From Amphiscolops sp. MND2022 (lineage: Eukaryota), in NCBI GenBank assembly GCA_964187785.1, contig OZ076409.1:32242001-32302000 (forward strand): 60,000 nt of DNA, in the 5' to 3' direction. Below the pieces are notes generated by a model. The model saw nothing but the letters and a program-made list of their open reading frames with translations. It was not told where the DNA came from and ran no database searches. Position 1 is the first letter of the stretch. Every line of letters starts with the position of its first letter. Shown one piece after another: positions 23,054-36,731 of this stretch. Position numbers and translations under genes: made by a program.

Positions 23054-24593
23054 CTATTCCAGCCCTATACTCAATATCGACACATACACGCGGTTGTGCA
23101 AGACCACATGAATACCAGTGCCCTCAAACATGTTCGTTAGGGTGTGGTACAGATTGACCAACGAGAATGCGGGTCTCTCTGGATCCAGTATGGGCAAATG
23201 GACCCTTGCGGATCCTTTGTCCGTTAGGCACTGTATCAGGTGCGTCATACAACGCAAACAGTCATCAGTCAGCAATGGTGCACGCTGGCTTGCTCTGATT
23301 ATCAATAAATGAATACTCTGATTGCGATTGGGATTAATGTCAGGTGGGATGGTGAAGATCTCACCCACCTTAGGCCGTAGGGAAAACACATTCCCTTTGC
23401 CGCACTCCCGCAGCACATACCGCAGGGAAGCTGGATTAGTTTTCAGGTCAGCGGGGCACGCTAACACTATGTCGCCTACTACTTGCAAAAAATCGGTTAC
23501 GTCATACGAAATGTGTTCTGCTGAGTTTGGGTACAAGGCTCCCGGGTAGACTATCTCCACATCGAGCGTGACATTGCTCGATTATCACTGCTGGCTTTGA
23601 CCCATGTATCCAGAGTGCTCAGAGCGGCCTTCGGGGAAAGAGGAATCTCGAAAGTGTGAGTCCACTCATCCAGCAGTCGAATTCGGGGATAATTGGTGAA
23701 ACAGGTGATAATTAGTTCCAACCACCACGCGAATTTTGCCTTGCCTCGATACCAGTCAATGATGTGGAAAGAAAGTATCAAGTCCGCAGTGGTGAGGGTC
23801 CTTAGACCCTCTAGACAGGACAACAAGTGCAGCGGTTCCACTATCGCCTCCACTCGTGGAGCAGTAACCAGCAACCACCAATGCGGTGCTGGGCTATACA
23901 CCCTGCCGGGCTCCACATGAACTCCGTATTTATCGCATAACAGATCAGCAGTGATGCACCGGGCCATTTGCACGGGCTCTTGTTCGAAGTTGAATGATCC
24001 AAATGCAATGTTGCTGGGCACAGTGGGCATCACAGTGGCCAGGGTAAACTCTAGCCCCTTCCCATCGCTAGTCCACTCTTTGAATCGGGGACATGGGGCC
24101 TTTGCTACCCCAGGTGATGACAACTTCTCCAGAATGGTGTCCACCGGATGGTCTCCAGATCGTTCCACGGCGGAGTAGGTCTTCTCGGCCCTAACCGTAA
24201 GGCGGTGCACCAGATTTTCTTCCCGTTCTGGAGGAATGCCCCGGGCTCCAATGGGAACCCTCCGGTTCTCGTTTACGGCTAACAGGCAGAGGCAGTCTCG
24301 CAGTCTCGCAGCCCGCAAGTTCCGCATTAGTAGCGTGGCTGTCGCTTACTTCTCAGCTGGTATCTAGGAGCTTCAGAGGCCTCCGTCGGAGCCTCCGCAG
24401 ACCTTGGGGCTTCGGCTGCTGTTTCGGCTGGGACCGAAGTTTCGACTTTCGTTGGCGTTTCTTTCTTCCTTGTTCTTGCCTTTGCTCGGACCAGCCGTTT
24501 CTTTTGCGCCTTGGGTGGTCTCCTTCTCCCCCTTTTGAATGAAGGAGCGGTCACATGGGACACAGGGCGCACTGGACTGATCGTCACTTGCAT
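23054..24593 (-). pseudogene. Post-integrase Pol extension of B (AT-hook-like, Cys cluster, tandem macrodomain-like)
   Basis: KRGRRRPPK, PRY*CGTCGLRDCLC, RCITADLL..WLLVT and IVLACPADL..PKVGE..LLIIR..RVHLP..IHVVLHNR. Confidence 0.7.
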
Positions 24594-27500
24594 TGCTGAC
24601 AGATTTTAGAGGAATTTGAGGAACAGTTGGCCAGATGGGGTAATTGCTGAGGAAATCCGTTAACAATGGATTCGTCAACAAGGGTGCCGACGTTCCCGGC
24701 AACGACGACTGTTTCCCAGCCAGGAGAAGATACTTGTGGTGACGGAGAGCGCGCACGCTCATGGTCAGAGAATAGTTGAGGTAAGCGTTGAGTGGGTGAA
24801 ATCGATTGATCTGAAGAAAGCACGGGAATTTCAGGCTCAAATTGATCAGCATCGGCGGGATCAGGCGGTACCGGCAACATGACATCAGACAGTTCGTCGT
24901 CAGTACCCGAAGTGGAACAGTCAAACTGCTGATAGTGCATGCGCGAGCCTCCCGCGCAGAGTTTCGTGCGCAAGCGAGTGTCCATCCAGTGATGTCTGCG
25001 CGAAGGCAAAGACTCATCTGATGCCTCTGAAAGCAGTTGTTCAGTCTTGTACGAAGGTAGTGATTTGTTATCATCGACCACGTCGACGGAACGCTCAGGT
25101 TCAGGGTCCATGAGTACTACGACCTCTCCATTGTCCGCATGCGCTGCGGCAAGCTCCAGCGGTCCACTGTGGTGCGATTTGAGGCGCTCAAAATGAACCT
25201 TTTGGCCAGTGTCCAGCACATAGACACGACCGTCCTGAAAGATCTGTACCGCCTTGTGCGGGCCACGCCAAGCACGCATTAGCTTGGGGGAGCCTTTCTG
25301 CGGCACATAGCGGCAGAAGACCCAGACGAGCTCTCCCGGCTGGTAAGCTCGTGCTTGAATAGCGCAATCGTATTTCAATTTTTGACGCAGCTGAGCCTGT
25401 TGCGTATTACGTCGCACCAAATCGTGAATTTTTAGTTGGCGAGCCAACACATGATCGACGTACGCTTCATGCGTATCGAAGGATTTAGCTGCAAACTCAG
25501 GGTATAAAAAGGTAAGAGGAATTGCCTTCTCAACGCCCCGAGTTAGCATGTAGGGCGAGAAGCCAGTGGTGGCATGCCTTGTAGAATTGTAGGCACTCAT
25601 GACCTCATCAAGACACTGGTCCCAATCGCGCATGCGGCGCGAGCAAAAGACTTGCAGCAAGGTTAACAGCGTGCGGTTTTGGCGTTCTACCAAACCCTGA
25701 GTCCGTGGATGTCCTGCGGTGGAAGTCACTTTCGTGACGTGGGCTGCGTTTAAAAACTCGTTGGATACTTCGGCGGTCAAGTTCGGAGCATTGTCCGACT
25801 GCATACGAGTAGGTGTGCCATGACGGGCAAATAATTTTTGTAGCAGCAACCGAGACGTGGTCACAGCGTCATAGTCGTGATGACTGCAAGGAACCGCTTC
25901 CGCGAACTTGGAGAAATTGTCGATTATGACAAAGATGCCGGTATTGTTATTGTCAGAGGGGCAGATTTTCAGGTGGTCGTGCTGGACCAATTCGTCGAAG
26001 TATCCACTCTGGATGTGTTTGAGCTGGAATTGTACATCACCAGGCTTATCGCATACCTGTTGACAGGTGAGGCATTGGCCAGCATAGCGGCCAACACTGC
26101 GTCGGATGCCAGGCCATGTGTGACGTTCTTGAATCCAAGCGACCACTTTTGAAATGCCTTGGTGTCCCATGGCGTCGTGCGCATGGAACAAGATTTCGTG
26201 CTGGTACAGTTGAGGCATGATGATCATGCACGGACGTTCGTGCAGAAGGCGTTGGTTGGGAGTATTGCACACAAAGGACACCTTTTTTGTTGATAAACAA
26301 CAGATCCTTTTTCTGGCGAAAATAGTTACGTGCCAACTCACGCACGTTCTCAGGAAAGATGTCGTGGTCTATGGACTCGCTCTGCACCAATTTTTTTAGT
26401 GCTAACACATGGACATCACGGTTTTGAGCTAAGACCAAATCCTTAATCCCATGCACGGTGTGAGCATGTTCAAGAAGCTCAGTGTCGATGTCTCTGAGAG
26501 CAATGATTGAGTCACGTACAGCCGAGGGAGTACTTTGCAGCGTGGCTGCACTTGCTCCTGCAACTGAATACACGGTACGAGAAGGGACGTTAACAGCATG
26601 GGTTGGTAGCAAGTAGTCCTCGCTAGCCTCAGCCGTGATATCTATCCAGTCTTCCGGATAGTCTGGGTAGAAGTCTTTGTGCGACTGTAGCACGGGAGGG
26701 GGCTGAGGCGGTAAAGGCGCAGCTAACGCCTTCGCCTTCCTGTCCTGCCTGTTCGCACGTTGTGTACGGCGAAGCACGCGAAGCACTTGGTCAGGAGCTC
26801 TAGGCTCTAAATTCTGCAAGTGCGCAGGTAGATCGGGGTGATTTGGGATTATTCGACCTTGAAGGTTGAACCACGGGGCAATAGGGAGCTTGTCGAATTC
26901 GTCAGCTGAAAGGAAATTCCAACGCTCACCTGCGGCTGGCAGCTGCGCAAGCTGCTTTTCTCGCCATCGATATTCATTGGTTCGTTTGCTCAAGCCATCA
27001 GCGTTGCGATGCTGAGTTCGTGGGCGGTGTTCCACACGAAAGTGATACTTGTCCAAGGTCATAACCCATCGGCCAATCAACGCTTGGTCTGTGGAGTATG
27101 TTTTCAACCAGGACAAGGCTTGATTATCCACCCTCAGGGTGACCTTTCGAGGACAAAGGTAACTGTGATTTTTCACAATGAAGTAGTAGGCTGCAAACAT
27201 TTCCAGTTTGGGGGCTCCGTACTTAGCTTGCGTGGTGGTGAGTTTCTTGCTACCATAGACAATTGGTCTTAGGCGTCTTTCACCTGGAGGACCCTGCCAG
27301 TGGTGCAGGATGCCAGAGATGGCAACAGCGCTGGCATCGGTGTCCAGCACAAACTCTCCCTCGGAATCAGGCTGCGCAAGCGCAGTCGCCTCGATCAATG
27401 CTTTTTTGATTTCGTTAAACGCTTTTGTTGTTCGGGACCCCACGTGAAAGTAACGTTCAGCCCAGTGACGGCATGCAGGGGCACGACCAGCTTGGCGTGC

Positions 27501-30500
27501 CAGGGAATGAAATCGCGATAGTAGTTGGCGAATCCCAAGAAACTTTGCATCTCCCTTTTGTTGCGGGGGATCTTCCAGTCACGCAACTTGGCAACAGCTT
27601 TCGGGTCTGACTTTACGCCTTCTGCGGAGACCACACGTCCCAGGTACTTTATTTCTGATTTCATGAAGTCACATTTGGCTACGCGCATTTTGAAACCAGC
27701 ATTGCGGAGGCATTCAAAGATTTCGCGCAAGCGCGCCATGTGATCTTCCACAGTTTCGGTCGCAATCACGATATCATCGATATAGGCCATCACCATGCTG
27801 CCTTTGCGGTTGACAATCTTCCGTAGCGCTCGCGCTATTGCTCGCTGGAAGGTGGCTGATGCATTGCACAGGCCAAATGGCATCCGCCGCCATTCGAAAA
27901 GCCCTAACTCGCAGGCAAAAGCGGTCTTGTGGCGATCCGCCTTTCGCACGGGAATTTGCCAAAAGGCTATGCTGGTGAAAATTTTGGCGTTGCCCAGCCA
28001 TGCCAGGCTTTCATCGATGCGAGGCAAGGGGTAGGCATCCTTATTGGTTACCTCATTCAACGGGCGGAATTCGCAGCAAAAGCGCAACTCCCCGTTTTTC
28101 TTCTTTACCATTACGATGCCACTTGCCCAAGGGGACAGTGAAGGCTGTATCATCCCCAAGACTAGCAGGTTTCGCACCTCTTGGTCGGCGCGCTCTGCCT
28201 TTTCAGGGGACATCCTACGAGCACCTTCACGATGCGGTACAGCCCCAGGCTCCAGCTCCACCGTGTGTTTGGCGATGGTGCAGCGGACGATGTCAGCCTT
28301 ATGCTTCATAAACAAATCATCGAATTCATTGAGAATATTGCCTAGAGACTCGCAGGCGCTAGCGCCCCACAGGTTCTTAACCTCTTGTAACTGAGAGTCT
28401 GGCCCAGGAATTGGAGCCATCAGCTCCAGATCAGTGCGTTTACGAACTTCGCGTTCCGAAAGCCCTGCCTCACTAGGATCTGTCGAGGACAAAAACTCAA
28501 ATTGTGATGAAGAAGTCAACTCAGAAGCAGTGGATAGATTCATTTCACTGTACACTTTATAAACAAAATTTGCACGACTGTTGTCAGCTTCAGTTTCTTT
28601 GCTGGCCTTTGTAGGGGGTTCCAGATTCTGGGGCACAGCCTGATACACTAATGTCACAGGCACTACGGTGCCCAGTTGAACACCGCACCGCACATGCTAT
28701 GGGTTGCTGGTAAGGTTTATCAAACTCACGTACAATGTTCCTGTCTCACTGACAGTGGCCACGCTGTCCTCTAAAAAGACAACATTTTGCAATAAAGGAT
28801 CAGAAAATGAGGCGTTGAGCGCCACGGTCTGAAAGATCAATGGTTCAAGCGAGTCAGTGCTGAGCTTGGCTCTTGCTACTGTGCGCTCGAAAAACTGTAG
28901 GACCAAGTCGCTATCCAAGGCAACCGGAGTAGCTAGCGAAGTGTCACCTACCTGTGCGTGTGCATGATGCCAGACGGGCTTCACAGGTGCTCGCAGGACA
29001 ATTTTCATAGAGGTGAGATCGACTAGGACCTGACAGGAACGGAGGAAGTTCCGACCTAGCAGGAAGTCCTCCACACCCTTTTCATCGTCCACCACGACAA
29101 AGTTGGTTTCAAGCTCGTACCCTCCCAATTGGAAACGAATTTGCTCTGCCAAACCAAAAGTCTTTATTGTTTTTCCATTGGCAGCGTACAAGTCGACTTG
29201 ATAGGGCTTCAGGACAGTACCGGTTCGGGCAGCCACTCGATTGAAGGCGGAGAACGTCAATATTGATACGCCGGAACCAGTGTCCACCAATCCACGCAGC
29301 GGGATGAGTGCCGCATGGGGCACGACGAAAGAGACAACGAGCGACGCACGCTCGTCTATACGTGCCTCACCAGTGGGCTCTTGGTGGTTGATGTTGTAAC
29401 ACTTCAGTTCTTGGGGACCCAGGCATAGGCCAGGTGGGAATACATCCACCACCACGCAGGCCTCGAACTTCACAAACAAATCATCGAATTCATTGAGAAT
29501 ATTGCCTAGAGACTCGCAGGCGCTAGCGCCCCACAGGTTCTTAACCTCTTGTAACTGAGAGTCTGGCCCAGGAATTGGAGCCATCAGCTCCAGATCAGTG
29601 CGTTTACGAACTTCGCGTTCCGAAAGCCCTGCCTCACTAGGATCTGTCGAGGACAAAAACTCAAATTGTGATGAAGAAGTCAACTCAGAAGCAGTGGATA
29701 GATTCATTTCACTGTACACTTTATAAACAAAATTTGCACGACTGTTGTCAGCTTCAGTTTCTTTGCTGGCCTTTGTAGGGGGTTCCAGATTCTGGGGCAC
29801 AGCCTGATACACTAATGTCACAGGCACTACGGTGCCCAGTTGAACACCGCACCGCACATGCTATGGGTTGCTGGTAAGGTTTATCAAACTCACGTACAAT
29901 GTTCCTGTCTCACTGACAGTGGCCACGCTGTCCTCTAAAAAGACAACATTTTGCAATAAAGGATCAGAAAATGAGGCGTTGAGCGCCACGGTCTGAAAGA
30001 TCAATGGTTCAAGCGAGTCAGTGCTGAGCTTGGCTCTTGCTACTGTGCGCTCGAAAAGCTGTAGGACCAAGTCGCTATCCAAGGCAACCGGAGTAGCTAG
30101 CGAAGTGTCACCTACCTGTGCGTGTGCATGATGCCAGACGGGCTTCACAGGTGCTCGCAGGACAATTTTCATAGAGGTGAGATCGACTAGGACCTGACAG
30201 GAACGGAGGAAGTTCCGACCTAGCAGGAAGTCCTCCACACCCTTTTCATCGTCCACCACGACAAAGTTGGTTTCAAGCTCGTACCCTCCCAATTGGAAAC
30301 GAATTTGCTCTGCCAAACCAAAAGTCTTTATTGTTTTTCCATTGGCAGCGTACAAGTCGACTTGATAGGGCTTCAGGACAGTACCGGTTCGGGCAGCCAC
30401 TCGATTGAAGGCGGAGAACGTCAATATTGATACGCCGGAACCAGTGTCCACCAATCCACGCAGCGGGATGAGTGCCGCATGGGGCACGACGAAAGAGACA

Positions 30501-30990
30501 ACGAGCGACGCACGCTCGTCTATACGTGCCTCACCAGTGGGCTCTTGGTGGTTGATGTTGTAACACTTCAGTTCTTGGGGACCCAGGCATAGGCCAGGTG
30601 GGAATACATCCACCACCACGCAGGCCTCGAACTTCACATCTACGCCGTCCATTGTTGCGTAGACTGGCACTGTGAAATACGTCGTCAGGGTTTCAGATTC
30701 TCCAGGGACGTACCACTCTCGGGGACGGGGCAACTCGACTCGCTTGTAGAGGATGGATAATTCAACCCAAAGCTTCGCTAGGGTTAACGTTGGCCTGCGC
30801 ACTTGTTCGGCGGCTAGCATCAGGTGGATAGAGATCAACGCCCGTCCTTGTGGGTCGAACGTGGTAGGTTCTAAGCAGGTTTGATCTTGCTTGGCACCGC
30901 AAGTGATTGTTAGCGGGGTGTGGAATGCTGGCGGTTCCGCCGGATGTAGCATTATTACGCGATCATCCTCCAGGGGTACCGTGTGTGCGG
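24584..30990 (-). pseudogene. pol: pol of B (PR duplicated, RT, RNase H, IN), disrupted
   Basis: LVDTGSG (twice), YPLPRI, MPFGL, YIDD, LDTDAS, NADGLS, HDAMGH..CLTC, QSDN, GLVER. Confidence 0.95.
28310..30637 (-). repeat. In-frame 1164-bp tandem duplication spanning the protease
   Basis: 28310-29473 vs 29474-30637 are essentially identical. ORFs recur at a 1164-bp period. Confidence 0.96.
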
Positions 30991-31170
30991 CGACACCAGC
31001 CGACTCGACTTCGGGCCATCGATTGTAGGCGGATTCATCACCAGGTTTCGGGGCGTGGGAATGTTCGCCGCATTGCACATCAGCATAATCAAAGACTCCA
31101 CAGCTAGAGCATTGATGGATCCTGGGATAGCCCCGCAGGACACCATCAGTCACGTCCTCGGCGGTGATTT

Positions 31171-33488
31171 TCACGACTTCAGGTTCGGGGGCAGCCGGTG
31201 GTTTGCGAGTTTGGTCGCGACTGGGACAGTCTCGGGCAAAATGCCCAGTTTGGCCACAATTAAAGCAGGCATCCACAGGTAAGCGCACGGCAGGTTGTGC
31301 TGCTGCTGATTTGGCGGGGCAATGCTTGCCGGTGGGGGACGTATCACCCCTTGAGGTAGCATCTTTTTGTTGGGAGGTAGTGGTGCAAAGGGATGAGGTC
31401 TAAACCTCATAGCTAATCTGGGATCGTAGGGTTGTTGTGGGGGTTGCGTAGGTTTCGGGCGATTGCGCAGCAGTTGGCGGGTGGTGAAGCGCAGGGACTC
31501 CACCGTGGGTGATTCGGTCAGAAGGGCTTCCGAGGCGTACACTATGGCATGTTCCCGCCTCAATACTGGATCTCGCACACCTTCCATAAAACGCTGCAGG
31601 ATTTCATAACGCTTAGTAGTGATAGTCTCTTGCGGAAATCCCTGACTTCTAAGACCCTCTAGAGCGTCCAAATACTGCATCCAGTCTTCCTTTTCTTGCT
31701 GGACGCGGCATTGGAAGGGTTGCCGCACTTGCATGTGGTTCCCTCCAGCGCCAAAGCGACTGGACAGTAGCTCGAACACTTTCTCGGGGGTGTCGCGTTC
31801 AGATTCGGCTTTGTTGATGCTGTAATAGCGAGCTTCACCCTCGAGGTGACCAATGATGCTCCAGGCTCGGTCTTCGACCGAGACCTTGGTTTGGATCCTT
31901 TTCAGGTATCTCTGCATGATTAGGATCCATCCATCGATAGACCCGTCTTTGGAGCTGCGATACACGTTGGGCCTTGTTTGGGCCAAGTCCCTCCCTGCAA
32001 GCAGAGGTGCCAGTTCCTTAGACATGGCTTTGGATATGGCTGCCGTGAACCTCAGTTGCTCAGGGGAGATGATTTCTGCCTCTTCGTCCCTCGGTTCCAC
32101 CTCACGCGCTCAGCCCTCGCTACCGTGGCTGGCTTGCACGGATAGTCTCTTCTTTCTTTCGAGTGCTCTCGCGCAAGGAGTGCCCGAGGGCATTCCGTCG
32201 TCGGCTGTCAAGTATAATGAATCTGGTCCGGACACCGTGATAGGGGCCGTCATGTATGCGGCTCCATCAGTTTGGGACCCTAACGTGGCTTTGGTACTGG
32301 ATAAATCAACTTCGGCAGAGGAATCTAGATAGATTGTTGACATCGGGTCCACACCTTGATCTCGAGTGGTGCCTATTGCTGCAGAGGGCATCGATGAATC
32401 CGCTGAGTCGTGGGGTCCTCTCATCTGCACTCGTGCAGGTTTGCGCTCCGCGTCAGGCATGGTGAGCACTAAGTTCCCGGCTGCCCCCATTGCTTCGGGC
32501 CTCGGGCACCGTCGACCTGGAGGTGCTGGGTTTTAGTGCACTCACCAGTTCAGACTTTATCGCTCGATTTGGGTGCGGCAGTTCCGGGGCTCGGGCCGGG
32601 CCCCCGGTTTGCACTTCTTCACTCACGCTGGGTTGTCGCGGGAATGACCTCTTGCGCCTCATGATGTTGATGGCGTTGAGTACCGTATGCATTTGGTTAA
32701 TCAAGTCGTTGATCTGGGTCTCCACGCGCAACTCGCGGGCCATCAGCATATCGTTCATTTCGCCCATTCGGTGGCCTAATGCATCCATTCGAGCATTCTG
32801 CACGTTTTGCGCGGTACGCAACTGGTCGTTGACCTGCAACCTTTCTCGCATTGTCGTCTGCATCGTCCTGATGATCTCTACGATGGCGTGGTGTTGCTCG
32901 TTGCATTCAGCACGATTGCTGGCTAGCCCGGCTAAAGCGCGTTGGGTCTCGGCTTGGGCATCCAATAGTGCTGTTTTGCACACCGAAGACCGTTGTGACG
33001 AGGACACTGAATCAGTCATGCTCCGCACACGAGATGCCTCTGGGCGGCGCTGGCCTGCATTCACCATGGGCGGTCGAACTTTCTTGTGTTTTCCATAGGC
33101 ACATACTCGAGTGGGTCCTCGAGCGATCCCACGCCCTTGTGGTCTCGCATAACTCATCCCTCCCACATAGGTGAGGTCCTGGTTTGCTGGGATTCGCCTC
33201 CTCACCTAGGGGTGCGCGCGAGCACCCTTCCTCAGCGGCTAGTTCATTGGTCACATTTGAATTGGGCCAACCTTCTTCCAGCTCATTGGTCCTCTCCCGG
33301 CAGGTCTCATCAACCCATTGCTCTATTCGGCGGGAATTTCCCGAAACGACTGAACCCTCGGAGGGAGGAACCATAACGGCCAACTCCTCCTTGCGTTGTT
33401 GTTCATTGGTGACTTCGTCAGACATGACGTCTGAAAAACGTGAACCGTCCATCGAAGATTCAATGGTGACCCAAGACTGCGAACTCAT
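31171..33488 (-). pseudogene. gag: gag of B with long N-terminal coiled-coil-like region and CCHC knuckle
   Basis: GWILIMQRYL..AWSII.HLEGEAR..QYLDALEGLRSQGFP and CFNCGQTGHFARDC. Frameshifts present. Confidence 0.88.
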
Positions 33489-35994
33489 GTTGGATTTCAC
33501 CGGTTCTAGTGCGGCTAACACGCCTAATGTCAGCAACCGAGCAGGCGCTAGCAACTCAGGGGGTCTTGGACTATGTTTCCGAAGATGTCAGGGCCTCTAG
33601 ATCAAGATCAACCCTTCACTCGTCCCGGTGGGAACTTAAGAAAATTCATGTTTTTCAACGTCCAAGATTTTTCTAAACACGTTCTAAGGCTCGTAGGCTG
33701 TTCAAATTTGCACAACGCTTTTCCACAAGCACACTGGGCCAGAAAATTAACCTGGTTTGGGACAAAAAGTTCTCAGTCACTTGCAGCAAGAATTTCAAAG
33801 GATTTTTGGATTTTCCAAAATTCGCACAACAACACTTGAGAGGCTCGTGTGTGCGCCAGAAGCGCCGTATCAAGCCCAAAATTGACCAGCAGGTTTTAGG
33901 TACACGTAGGTCTACGAAAATGATCACAGTTTTGAGCTGCGCTTTTTCTACACCGTTTCACCTAGGTACGGACGTGCGGTACCACTATGTACCCAAATTT
34001 ACTGTTTTTCACGTCTTTCTCAATATTGCGGTCCACTGGAAAGAGCTAGCAAGCTCAAATTTTCTGCAGCGACGTAAAAACTAGCACAGGTTTTGATGGT
34101 AGGCCGCAATATAGCCCCACCCGTCGGCTAAGGTGCCCGGGTTACTCGGGAAAATTGAGAAAAAACTACCTTTTTGCCCACCTTTTTGGGTGCCACGTTT
34201 TTCCTATTTTCTCAACAAGTATCACACAGATCGGCATCAAACTTGGTAGTTAATGCCAGTGGGCACCTTCAATGCCACTAAAACGGTCGAATTGAAGCGC
34301 GAGCGTTTATTTGGGGTTTCGACCCAATATGTACGTTACACAAAAAAAACACTGTTTTTGAAGACTTTTTTCACAAATTGACCAAGAGGATCACCTCAGA
34401 AAGTGATACGGCGGGCAAAGTGGGACCAATGTGTTGCCCCACTATCCGTAGCACTGGGATAAGCTCTCAATTGGTGGTGCCCGTTAGGTATAAGGCACTG
34501 ACAGTCCTGCAGTTTTGGATTTTTTCGGTCCTCTTACGCTTCTCTGAAGTCGAAACGTCAGAGAGCTTTCCTCGCCTTTGGTGACCGATACGCTAACCAA
34601 ATTTTCGGCACTAACGTTAATTTTAATGGTGATTGCGAGAATGCAACCACTTTGCGGCTAGGGTTCAGGGATCGATGTCTCGACCATAGCTCAGAGACAG
34701 TCTGGTTTTATGGAAAATTGATCAAATTCAGCGCGTTTTTCCACTTTTCTCCGCACCAAATGAAAAATTTCACGCGCGGTTTTCACCACCACGCGTTGTT
34801 TTTACTATAAAAACAGAAAATGAGATCGTTCCTGCCCGCTCCCTTCAAACAAACTTTGCTCTCAAGACTTTCAGACAATGCACTTTCAATGGCTGAAAAT
34901 CACAAGTTTTCCGTACTGTATCAACCCCAGGCTGCCTGAATCCGCTACTAAAGTTGCAGTTAGTGTCCTGTGGGTTAGTTACGTTTAAAGCAACACCGTA
35001 CACCGCTTTTTTACATCTCTACATTTGTGTAGGTTCGTGTTTTGGGTGCCTTTTAGGCCAAGTTTCCACTTTTCCCTTACTTTTCTGGCACCAAATCGGC
35101 ACTTTTATTACCACTGAAGGCCAAAATACTGCCTTTCGTGCCTTGTACCAGTTTTTTGAGCCTTGTAGTTGCTTTTTTTGTAATTTTCACAAAGTTTTCC
35201 TGGTTCCATTGAGCACTAGTGCTCGAAACCAAGAAGAACACCGAAAACACGCGAAATTAAGGTTTTTCTCTCCAAGTGCCATCTTTTTCACAGAAAAACA
35301 CTTCGTGGGGTTCCGTTACATTTGTGATAAAATTTTAATGACCTGCACCAACGAGTCCTCGTCAAAAAAGGTGCATTTTCAAAAGTTTCGCCAACCATGA
35401 GCCATTTGAGCGACGCCTCTGGTCACATGGGGTGCATCTTCACCACGCTTTTTCTCCACATCTAGACCAGATAGAGACACGCGGTTTGGACCATTAGCAT
35501 CGTCTGCTGTTGCACTTGCTGTCCATCAAAAACCATGCCTCTAGGACGTCTCCACGAGAAATGAGAGTAAAAAGTAGGCAACACACATTTTGACCCTTCC
35601 CTCGCCTCGCTGGCTCGTGGTCAGCCATCCACCAGTTACCTTCTTGCATGGCATTAAATGGCTGAAAATAGCTTGAAAAACCTGTTAGACACCCGTAGCC
35701 ACGCGCTACGGTTCTCTGTACCTGCAAAAAATACCCGCTGATAGGTACACAACACATCACACAAAATTAGCAATTTCCTTATAAAAAACCTAAAAACACC
35801 ATTTTCGCAACTGAAAACGTGATTTTTTCGGCGTTTCCTCTGGTTCAACGCCTCTCCCGGTTCCAGTAGGACGTGGTACGACTAAAAAAGGCAAAACTCT
35901 GCTTCTCTCCTTTTCCAGAGTCGAAACGGGCTTGGCGCCGATCACCAGGGGGCCAAATCTTTTAAAAAACCGCTAGGGAAAGTTTCCCAAGACG

Positions 35995-36012
35995 ATCCCT
36001 CTGTGGTCGCCA
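35995..36012 (-). promoter_or_regulatory. Primer-binding site, tRNA-Arg-like
   Basis: TGGCGACCACAGAGGGAT is complementary to a tRNA 3' end ...TCCCTCTGTGGTCGCCA resembling animal tRNA-Arg(UCG). Identical 18-mer in D. Confidence 0.8.
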
Positions 36013-36027
36013 AAAAATGAGTTTCCA

Positions 36028-36731
36028 TGTAACGATAAGCGCTGGCGCTTGAACCGCGACTTCGAATGGAGGAACCAAAGCAGCGGATAGGATCCGGGAC
36101 ATAGATCTCCGCGGCCCCGGCTCATTTTCCCTCCGAAGGAGCTTGTCCCAAGGTGGGGGAACCGTCTGGTAAGAAACTCTCTGGCCTGGTCCTAGTCTGT
36201 AGTTGTAAAAAGCATAACTCAAGACCACTGCTCAACTAGCCTTTAAAAAGGGGGCTGAAAACCAAAGAAGGTTGAACCATAGTCTTGGAGAATCTGAGAA
36301 AATCGACATCGCCAAATTGGGTAGATAAATACAGATATTAAGGGCAGCTCTCGAGCATATCAATTCACTGCAAGGAAAAACATTATAAAATCAAGAGTTT
36401 CAGTCATTTGATGGAAATTGACCTCGGCTTCCCAGCGCTAGCGCAGGTCACCACACAGGAAATTGCGGGGATTCTTAGGCAAGCATCGGGAACACTGGTT
36501 TCTGCTACTAAAGCAACGTCAATCTCCCAGGGATGGGCACAATACCGTGTTCTGCAGATGGAATAGACGTCTATACAGTCGTCTCTTGTGCTCGTTCTTC
36601 GCGGGCGGCATTTTCTGCTTTTTGCCGTACGATTTCTGACAGGTCTTTCACCTTTAACATGTTTGGGTGCCACGTCAGACCTTGCACGAATTTTTGCATC
36701 GAAAATTTCGTTGTGGGCAGTTGCCGTTACA
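36028..36731 (-). repeat. 5' LTR of B (704 bp)
   Basis: Direct repeat of 17049-17765 with scattered substitutions and a ~14-bp indel. Confidence 0.96.

Larger units (their letters stand above)
17049..36731 (-). mobile_element. Element B: full-length, decayed giant Ty3/Gypsy LTR retrotransposon (19,683 bp)
   Basis: Two highly similar direct LTRs, with PBS, gag, pol, extension, ORF3 and PPT all on the minus strand. Confidence 0.96.

Noticed and set aside
647..33600. Numerous short antisense or alternate-frame ORFs over gag, pol and ORF3
   Set aside because: Shadows of the real coding frames, with no recognisable motifs. They recur only where DNA is duplicated or closely related.
35995..36012. 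tRNA gene at TCCCTCTGTGGTCGCCA
   Set aside because: Only the 3' 18 nt are present, next to an LTR, so it is a PBS
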